Assembly: GCA_002269645.1 (NCBI GenBank)
Contig: NIVC01000114.1
Location: forward strand, 897,218-961,217
DNA length: 64,000 bases
Reading direction: 5' to 3'
From: Macrostomum lignano
Lineage: Eukaryota
Shown here: positions 11,401 through 20,900 of the stretch, in pieces
Numbering within the stretch: the stretch's first letter is position 1
How the letters are laid out: every line of letters starts with the position of its first letter
The notes under the pieces: model-generated
Told to the model about the DNA's origin: nothing
Databases searched by the model: none
The model's input: only the letters and a program-made list of their open reading frames with translations
Program-made: the position numbers and the translations under genes

Positions 11401-14400
11401 ATGAATTTTTATAGCATTTGTATCTTTTTACAAGTCTTAGGGTTAATACATGCTGTTACAGCTCACAGGAACTCCTCACCAATAAAGATGACAACAAGGG
11501 CGGCGCTGACCGCAACAACGATGGCTGTGGGAAAATCAGCGGGCGACGCTTCCTTGATGGAACACTCTTTGCCAAGAAACCCAGCAGGGCAGTCGCATTT
11601 GAAGTCGTTCCAAAGAGCCACACATTGGCCACCATTCAAGCAGACATTGGAACTTCCTTCGCTAGTTTTCTGGCAAACCGCGTCGCCATGACAACCAGGC
11701 AGGATTGACGACGCAGCCATCCAATTGAATCCCGAGTAGCCGCTTGGCAGGGAGCGATTAACGAGTGGCACCAAGTAACCGTTGAGTCGCAAGTTGTCAA
11801 GGCAACCTTTAAATCCGGGGCCCCCAGCTGTAACCGTAGCAGAAGAATCCAGGATCAAACCAGCTGGAATCGGCGTTGTGTCTGCCAACACCCGGAAATC
11901 GCTGGCATTGATTGACACACCAGCGGTCAAAAAGGTGCCCTCAGCACAACTAATACTGAAGTTAAATGGTAAACCTGTTGCTATGGAAACCGCCACCAAT
12001 ACTGTCCGGTCGTCAAGAGAGACTTTAAAGTGTCCGGACTCGCAACCAACTGACAACTGATGACTGCCGCTGAGCACGGTCAGTAGATGGCAGTCTGACT
12101 GGCGAGTGCGGCCCCAGCCGGTAACCGCAGTCAGAGTTTCGTTGAGACCAGTCACCGATAATGCAATCTGGCTGCTTGATGGCGATATCAGAGAGCTGCT
12201 GAATGTTGCAGCTGTGCGGCCTGAGTTTCAGAGGAAATTTAGCCACATGTCAAAATAGAAATACAAGAGAGTGCTACTAACAGTAGTCTGTAACTTACAC
12301 TCGAATCCGCCAGAGTCCAATTTAACGCACTCCGTTCCGTTAGGGCAGTATTGGTCAGCAAAATAGCAATGGTCTTTCATTGTACAATTGGGTCCGAGCC
12401 ATCCCTCAGTGCAGTTGCACCTGTGAAAAGTTAGTTACACGGCAAGAAGATTATGATTCGTTGGCACGCACCTGGTCGATCTGAGAGAAACAGCTGCCCA
12501 TGACTCACGTACTCACGTCGATCTCTCGGCTGCAGGTTAGGCCCTCGTAGCCAGGCAGGCAGTGGCAGGTGAATGAGGCCAGGCCGTCCGTGCAGCTCGA
12601 CGCGTGAGCGCACACGCTGCGGTTGGTTGTCGGATCCAGACAGTCGTTCGGGTTGATTTCGCACGTGTCACCGTTGGTACCTGTTGTAGTTAAGTAGAAA
12701 AACAGATTGGAATCTATGCAGTCTTTGCGTACAAGATCTTCTCACCATTTTTGCAGAGGCAGACGAAACCGGCAGCCAGCGCGTAGCTGAAGCTGCCGTT
12801 GAACGGCGCTGGCATCGTCGGGTTTCCATACAGAGCCTGGTTGCTGCGCTCCAGACAGGCGCCACCGAACTGGCACGGATTCGGCGAGCAGTCCGGAATG
12901 TCATCGGAGCAGGTCTTTCCTGAGTAGCCGCTGAAGCAGCTGCAGCTGAAGTCTCTGAGCCCGTCAGTGCAGGTGGCGTTGTGGCTGCACGGGTTGCTGG
13001 CGCAGCCGTCAATGCGGCTCTGGCAGTTCGGTCCGTTGAAGTCGGTTGCAGAGCAGTCGCAAGTGAACCTGCATTTATTAGAATAATTTTATTTGATTAC
13101 CTTCAAAAAACTACCAGATAACTACATTTGGAACTAAAATAAATGCTTGTATTCAGATGAGCCATCAATAATGGAAAAGTACCGTATGTACGCATTTTTT
13201 CGCTTTTTTGCACGTCCTGATTTGCCACTTTTCTGAGAAAGAAAAGCTTTTAGAATGTCAATCAGAAGCCAGGAATACTCTCAGAATATCTTAGAACGTA
13301 TTTTCAAGCAACAGATGCTTCAGTTTTACATGTTTTTTTAATTTACAGATTTTTAATCAGCAATCAGATTAGCAGGAGTGCTACAGACGCTGACAAGTGG
13401 CAAAAAAGTTTCTTATTTTTCGACTTTAAAGTTTTCACTTTAAAGTTTGTACTCCCAAATGGGCCGCTTCTCAATTAACAGGTAAAAAGTACCTGTTAAC
13501 AGGCACTTTGCCAGAGTGTCTTGCGTCGTTCGAACAGGCATCCATCCGATAGGCTAAAATTTGACACCACATTCGAAAAAATTCGCCCTGAAATAAAAAA
13601 ATTTCCTTAACAACATCTGAAATCAAAAAATTTCCTTAACAACATCTGAATTTTGGGCGAGCCCCCGGCCTCTTTTTCCGCGATTTCCGGGCCTCTGCTC
13701 CGCACGGGTAGCGCCAAATTCTTAGTAACTCCAGGAAAACAAACTTCGATCTGTTTGAAACGTCGCGTTAAAGTCTCAACACTGTAGCATGAAAAACTTA
13801 CTCAAGTTCTGGGACTAAGTTTTTAACTACGGTCGTTATCAGGCACTTTTTGATACCTGGGCAAGTTATTAATGGCCCAATCAGCCGGATCTCAGTTTTT
13901 CCGAATAGAAGACATCCATTTGAGTGATTTGGTGTAGAAAACATCAAAAATATAGTTTTCCATCTCGATGAGATGCGCCTCTCAAAAGCGCACTAAAAAT
14001 GTGTACTTTTAAAGTGCAGACACGAGCGTAGGCAGCCATGTGAAAAGTACATTTTAGACCAAAAAACTATAGCGCATCAAACAGCCCCAGGTGTTGTTGA
14101 CGCAAGGCAGCAGCTCAAAAGCCGCGCTGTTGCGCGTCCATTTCGCTGCGGTGAGTCAATGTTGAAAAAATGCCTAATTTTCGACATCAAAAAACACGTT
14201 CTTTGTACTTTTAGCTTGAAAGTTCAAGTGCAATAAAAATTAATTTCGGATCGTTGTAGCGTTCGAATAGCCGCGTCTACTGAGCCCGCTCGCTAAGCGC
14301 TACCATATTCTCAATCCTAATTTTTTTGAGATCAAAGTTTTTCAAAGTGCCGAAAAAGGCTAGAGGCTAAAAGCTAAAGGCTGAAAGCTACCAGGCTAGA

Positions 14401-17256
14401 GTCCGCTACCTGAAACCTTCCAGGCTAGAGTCTATCCACTTCCTGAAACTCTCCAGAGAGGGATCGCGGTGCGGTCAGCGGCACCACCGGATCTCCCTGT
14501 TCGAAACCGCAGCAATAACTGCCCGTGGTGGCCAGGGCCAGGGCCTAGAGCCCCCTGCAGATGATTCAAGTCAAGAAGGAGAACTCACGTGCCGTTGCCA
14601 TCAATGCACCTGCCGCCATTGAGGCAGGCGTCTGTTGGACAGTCATTGTGGTTGATGCTGCAGTTCCTGCCCTCCCAGCCTGTGAAGCAGCTGCAGTTGT
14701 AGTCAGTCGCCAAGTCTGAGCACAGGCCGTTAGCGCAGGGCTTGCTGGCGCAGTCATCAATGTTGATCTCGCAGTTGGTGCCTGTGTTAAAAAAACTGGA
14801 AATGTCAAAACTAACAAAGAAGTCAAGCTTTCTTGCTCGCTCTGCTACCCATGATATTTAGCATACATTTCAGGCATCAGTGAAACCTAAAAATAAGGGA
14901 ACCTTAGTGCGGAAGCGCTAAAGCATGCGCATTATGCATATGAGCGTAGACTAAGGCAGAGAGATGCGACTGAGAGTTTACGAAGCCTCTTGGCGTTCAT
15001 TAGATCGATACAACGATTGTTACATAACTGGGTATAAAAGATAGAGATAGGGGTGAGTGAAAAGCATGTACACTGTACAATAGCAACCCCCAACCTCGCC
15101 CTAGCGACTGGCGCATAAAAGTACACTTGCAACTCACTACATGAGTACTCGTACCAGAGCCTTGTCTCAAGCGTCAAAGTCACTAGCAACCCCCAACCTC
15201 GCCCTAGCGACTGGCGCATAAAAGTACACTTGCAACTCACTACATGAGTACTCGTACCAGAGCCTTGTCTCAAGCGTCAAAGTCACTAGCAACCCCCAAC
15301 CTCGCCCTAGCGACTGGCGCATAAAAGTACACTTGCAACTCACTACATGAGTACTCGTACCAGAGCCTTGTCTCAAGCGTCAAAGTCACTAGCAACCCCC
15401 AACCTCGCCCTAGCGACTGGTGCATAAAAGTACACTTGCAACTCACTACATGAGTACTAGAGCTTGTCTCAAGCGTCAAAGTCACTCAAAGCAGCCACCG
15501 TATTGAATGCTTCTAACAACCAAAACAATATACCCTAAACCATGTCCATCCTGCATACATGCGTACTAGATAGCTGGATAGCATTGTCTCAAGCTTAGCA
15601 AATCTAAAGATAATTTTGGTAGCTGCAGTGGCGTTCACAGTAATTATAATTGAGGTGGCTACACTATTGGCTACCTTAAGGGGCGCCAATATTTAATTCG
15701 ATTTCGAGTACAATCTGAGTACAACTCGCGCACACAACCGTCCTAAAATGAAGTCGAAACTTAAAACTTTCTGAATGGTGACAGAGCGAGCATCATATCG
15801 GGTCCTGGCCAGGAGCAGAGTTCTACCAAGGCTTGTGCGATGAACGGAAAGAGCAATCCGATAGTGGGTTGGCGCCTCGGACACTGAGGTGGGCGCCCCT
15901 GTCTGTGAGGTGGATGCCCCTGTCTGTGAGGTGGGCGCCCCTGTCTGTGAGGTGGATGCCCCTGTCTGTGATGTGGGTGCCCCTGTCTCTGAGGTGGGTG
16001 CCCCTGTCTCTGAGGTGGGTGCCCCTGTCTGTGAGGTGGGTGCCCCTGTCTCTGAGGTGGGTGCCCCTGTCACTGAGGTGGGCGCCCCTGTCTGTGAGGT
16101 GGATGCCCCTGTCACTGAGGTGGGTGCCCCTGTCTCTGAGGTGGGTGCCCCTGTCTCTGAGGTGGATGCCCCTGTCTGTGAGGTGGCCTAGCCATGCATG
16201 AAACTCCAAGGACGGTAGAAAACTTATCCAAGATGTGGCAAAATTTAGGCTCTTGTCTTTCAACAAGATTGTTTAACGCTTTCATTCAGTTTTTAAGGTA
16301 AGAAGTTGGGGTGGGGTGCAAATATTTTGGCCTGTTGTTGGGTGGGGGGAAGCTACCCTCCCCTTATTAGCCCTCTCAGTGAATGTCATTGACTATTTGT
16401 AGTAAGCTATTAGTTTGCCTCAAATCTTATTCGGCTGTGAATTTAGCTAAAATTTTAAAGGAGCAAAACATAAAATCTGTATTTGATATTATTTCTTCTA
16501 TTTCTTCAAATAGATTTTTACTACCGTTTCAATTTCAACTGGCTTTGCCCCACCTGGTCACCCACCTGTGTAGCCAGGAGCGCAGCTGCAGTGATACCAG
16601 GGGCTTGTGTCTGTGTTGCTGCAGGTGCCTCCGTTTTGGCAGGGACTGCTTGAATTGGTGCTGCTATCCGAAGTTGAAGAACAGTAGTTTATTAAATGAG
16701 TGGTGCAATAAGGACCAGTGTACGGCTCAAGACACAGACACGGAGTGTCTGACGTCACAGGACCGGGCCAGCAAATGCCGCCATTCTTGCAGTCGCCCTC
16801 GCTGCAGGCGGCTCGCCTCGTCCGAACCAACGTGTTGGCGTCCTTGTCAAACTCTACAAAAAAATTTTGGGTTGTTATAAAGTACATATGCGGGTCCTTC
16901 TCATGGGCTCTCGGGGTATTAAAATTGGGATAAAAAGTCAATTATGTCAATTGGATGAGGTCAACCTAAAGTTTTTTTCTTCAAATGAGCAACTTGGATG
17001 ATGAGATGTCTCAGCGGCTGTAGTTGTCGATCGCAGTCTGGAGTTTCACCTCAGGTTTATTTCGGTACTTTAATTGGCATTCGTATTATAAAAAAGCAAG
17101 CTTTACCGAAGAAAACATTAGCAAGCGTAAAAATCACGTCAACTCACCAGCTGATTGTAAATCCTTTGAAACGGACTTGGAAGAGACCAGAGATGCCAGG
17201 TTTAACATCAAGATTATTTCCAAAGTCAGTAGCAGCTGTGCTTTGCATGAAAACAT
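5449..17256 (-). CDS. Crumbs-like EGF/laminin-G receptor, copy B (11 exons, about 779 aa; one LamG and about 3 EGF deleted relative to A)
   Basis: Exons 17256-17148 (signal MFSCKAQLLLTLEIILMLNLASLVSS), 16853-16566, 14781-14589, 13068-12746 (CLERSNQALYG...FSYALAAGFVCLC), 12680-12509, 12420-12299, 12220-11480 (LamG-EGF-TM), 8039-7867, 7780-7718, 7101-7021, 5523-5449. Phases are consistent (2340 nt). Confidence 0.8.
5585..6900. repeat. 21-bp minisatellite GAGATGGTGGCTGGGTTTTGT, about 60 units, in the last intron of gene B
   Basis: Direct reading. Source of the 360-460 aa repeat ORFs. Confidence 0.97.
7337..7560. mobile_element. 224-bp Tc1/mariner-type MITE with about 81-bp TIRs and TA TSD
   Basis: TA|CACCTTTTCACGTTCAAT...ATTGAACGTGAAAAGGTG|TA. 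Arms 7337-7417 and 7480-7560. Absent from the shorter equivalent intron of gene A. Confidence 0.88.
8142..11318 (-). mobile_element. SINE split in two (head about 11318-11240, 3' part about 8335-8142) by the Gypsy insertion
   Basis: The head matches the SINE 5' end. 8150-8325 matches 63010-63170 and ends in an (ATT)n tail. Confidence 0.75.
8690..11237 (+). mobile_element. Degenerate Ty3/Gypsy LTR retrotransposon (RT, RNase H, integrase; frameshifts and stops) in a gene B intron
   Basis: TKLDATQSFLQLELD, FIDDIMV, CDASSYRLGAVISH, EKNYAQIDKKALAI, TDHKPL, ELHEGHPGM...WWPQIDKDIE...CRRCQ, IYVDF. Polypurine tract GGAAAGGGAGAGG followed by TGTAG at 11050 (probable 3' LTR start). Confidence 0.88.
14455..14576 (+). 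mobile_element. Short LINE 3' UTR remnant at the equivalent intron position in gene B
   Basis: CGGTGCGGTCAGCGGCACCACCGGATCTCC...CCCCTGCAGATGATTCAAGTCAAG matches 970-1113. Confidence 0.7.
15081..15484. repeat. 103-bp tandem repeat, about 4 copies
   Basis: Units TAGCAACCCCCAACCTCGCCCTAGCG... start at 15081, 15184, 15287 and 15390. Confidence 0.95.
15626..16195. repeat. Related MITE-like element with a 21-bp minisatellite GGGTGCCCCTGTCTCTGAGGT (about 15885-16190)
   Basis: Starts CAGTGGCG. Lies in the intron of gene B equivalent to the gene C intron holding the 1657-2746 element. Confidence 0.7.
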
Positions 17257-17981
17257 TGCGGATCAACGGTTATGTTTGATTGTGGTTTCTATTGAAGCTG
17301 CAATCAGTCTTGATCGACTTGGAGAAATGTTCTCGAGGCATGAAGTATTAGTGCGATTTTTTATTTAGGATGCGACAAAGACCCAATTCCCTCTAATTTC
17401 GAAGTTTTGAACTGATTAGAAAACATGAATAACTAAAAACATTGACGGCTTTAAAAAATTAAAACTGTCGCCTTTACTAACTAATAATTATTTATTTATC
17501 GTGCAAATTACGAGCCACTAAAGACGTACGCTCCATTTAAAATAAAATCTACAAAATACATGTAATTGAATTTGTTTTAATGCTTGGATAAATTGTATCG
17601 ACGCTAAAACAGACGCTTAATATGATTTACCGATCATGTCATCATAAGTAGGTCTTTACTGATTACTGCCAAAACACAGCGCACTGCTGGCTAACACTGT
17701 ATTTTAGAAAGTCAGGGGGTCTAGAGTAACATTGTGCAATAAACAAACTAATCAGTGCGTTCAGTGACTCATGACATGCAATAGAATAAATTTCACTTGT
17801 TTGTTTTACTCTGAGCGTTTAAAACTACAGAAAGTAACAGCAGTGAAGTAATCGCAACCAGCTGGTAAGAAATGCAAAAAAATAACAAACAAAAATACAT
17901 TTAACAGATAATACATGTAGAGTGAATTGCTAATTTATAAGTAATGTATGAAGACAGTGTTTTTGAAAATTGCGCAAAGTC

Positions 17982-20900
17982 TCATGAAATCGGAGCATCA
18001 TAGGTATTATCAGGTTGCTGGCCATCATGAAATGCGACATCGCCAGGTGCGACAGCTTCATCAGGTACCTAATTGAGTATTTTAGTTTGGGTATGCAAAA
18101 TGTTCAGCTGGTTGTATAAATTTCAGGCTTCTGTGAGATGATGGATGCATTCTGTGAGATGATGGATGGGATCTGTGAGATTGTGGATGGATTCTGTGAG
18201 ATGGCGGATAGATTCTGTGAGATCGGGGATCGATTCTGTGAGATGATGGATGAATTCTGTGAGATGATGAATGAATTCTGTGAGATGATGGATGAACTCT
18301 GTGAGATGGGGGGTCAATTCTGTGAGATGGGGATCGATTCTGTGAGATGATGGATGAATTCTGTGAGATAGGGGATCGATTCTGTGAGATGATGGATAAA
18401 TTCTGTGAGATGATGGATGAATTCTGTGAGATGGTATATGGATTCTGTGTTTTCTTGAGTAAATCTATAAGTACATATATCCTAATAATTTAAGTGCAAT
18501 GCACCTGCTCCAACGATTGATCCTCGGACAGATCGATGCCCTCATCGGTCGGAGTGGGTGGCAGGGCTCGACCAGCATTGGCTCCCTGGTAAAACATTAA
18601 ATTTCCGTTTTTAAAAAATAATCATGTTTTATTGGTTCTTGACGTTAACATTGATTAAAACAAACTTTTGTTCATTACTTTTCAATCAAATCGGCAATGA
18701 ATAGGTTTTTTATTTGTTCTATTTTTTTCGTGATCTACAAGATTTGATTGTTCTTTAGAACGAAAAACTTTAAAAAATGATTTGTAAACTTTTAATTTTA
18801 GATAAATTTACGAGTAGATAAATAGAACTTAAAGATCTTGTATATAGGTAAATATAAATTCCATACATGCAAGAGAGCTTGACTAAAGTGACCATTGGCA
18901 CATTTTAACAAAAAAGTAAACTTGTTGATTTAAAATCCAGAACACAATTTCACACTTACTAAACAAACGTAGCTAAGAGAACCGGGCAAACCAGTATCCT
19001 GACTACCGTCCGCCTCGAGTGGATTTTCGTAAGTGTACACCTAAATTTGAAGAAAAAATATGCCAAGTTAGTTTTCTACTGCAACTACACATCGCGTGAA
19101 GTTATTAGTCTTATTACACAATTAAAGAAACTTACCGCGCTAGAGTCTCTTTGATCAGCGACAAGGTAGCCACTGCTAGGACGCAGCTCTACATTTGCGT
19201 CTGCATGAGGCACCGGCTGACTTCCATTGGATTCGCTGTCAGAGGCAGCGCTTTGAGAAGTTGGACGACAATTTAGCTTCTTTTTTAAATAAACTGCTGA
19301 TGATGCTGGAATGAAGTCATCGATAAATGGGTGTCTTATTTGGGGCATGTTGGGGTTCTGTGGGATGATGGATGGGTTCTGTCAGATGGTGGATGGATTC
19401 TGTGAGATGGTGGATGGGTTCTGTCAGATGGTGGATGGGTTCTGTGAGATGATTGATGGATTCTGTCAGATGATGGATAGATCCTGTGAGATGATGGATG
19501 GATTCTGTGAGATGGTGGATGGGTTCTGTGAGATGGTGGATGGGTTCTGTGAGATGGTGGATGGGTTCTGTGAGATGGTGGATGGGTTCTGTGAGATGGT
19601 GGATGGGTTCTGTGAGATAGTGGATGGGTTCTGTGAGATGGTGGATGAGTTCTGTGAGATGATGGATTGGGTCTTTGAAATAATAGATAGGTTCGGTGAC
19701 ATGGTGAATGATGTGATGATAATGAGTTTTTTCAGCACATGTATCTTTTCTACCCCTCACCGATAGCAATCAAGATGACAACAACAAGCGCGGCGCCAAC
19801 CGCAACAACAATAGCTGTGGGAAAATCAGCAGGTGACGCATCCTTGACGGAACACTCTTTGCCAAGAAATCCAGCAGGACAGTCGCATTTGAAGTCGTTC
19901 CAAAGAGCCACACATTGGCCACCATTTAAGCAGACATTGGAAGGAGTTTTCTGGCAAACCACGTCGCCATGACAACCAGTCAGGATTGAAGACGCAGCCA
20001 TCCAATTAAATCCCGAATAACCGCTTGGCAGGGAGCGATTGACGAGTGGCACCAAGTAACCGTTGAGTCGCAAGTTGTCAAGGCAACCCTTGAATCCGGG
20101 GCCCCCAGCTGTAACCGTAGCAGAAGAATCCAGGATCAAACCAGCTGGAATCGGCGTTGTGTCTGCCAACACCCGGAAATCGCTAGCATTGGTCGACACA
20201 CCAGCGGTCAAAAAGCCACCCTCAGCACAACTAATACTGAAGTTAAATGGTAAACCTGTTGCTATGGAAACCGCCACCAATACTGTCCGGTCGTTAAGAG
20301 AGACTTTAAAGTGTCCGGACTCGCAACCAACTGACAGCTGATGACTGCCGCTGAGCACGGTCAGTAGATGGCAGTCTGACTGACGAGTGCGGGCCCAGCC
20401 GGTAACCGCAGTCAGAGTTTCGTTGAGACCAGTCACCGATAATGCAATCTGGCTGCTTGATGGCGATATCAGAGAGCTGCCAAATGTTGCAGCTGTGCGG
20501 CCTGAGTTTCAGAGGAAATTTAGCCACATGTCAAAATAGAAATACAAGAGAGTGCTACTAACAGTAGTCTATAACTCACACTCAAATCCGCCAGAGTCCA
20601 ATTGTACGCACTTCGTTCCGTTAGGGCAGTATTGGTCAGCAAAATAACAATGGTCTTTCATTGTACAATTGGGTCCGAACCATCCCTCAGTGCAGTTGCA
20701 CCTGTGAAAACAGTTACACGGCAAGAAGATTTTAATTTATCGCCAACTGGTCAAGAAACAGCTATCTACAACTCACGTATAGGAATTGTAGAAAGCATTA
20801 GTGCAAACAGCTCCGTTCTTGCAAGGCAAGAATGTCTGGCAAGCATTCTCCGTAGATACGCCAGTGAGCACTGATGAGTAGCTAGCTGAGACAGCCTCTG

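Noticed and set aside
15081-15484. CRISPR-like regular repeats (also 26950-28200 and 29085-29610)
   Set aside because: Contiguous tandem units without unique spacers, no cas genes, and a eukaryotic context.
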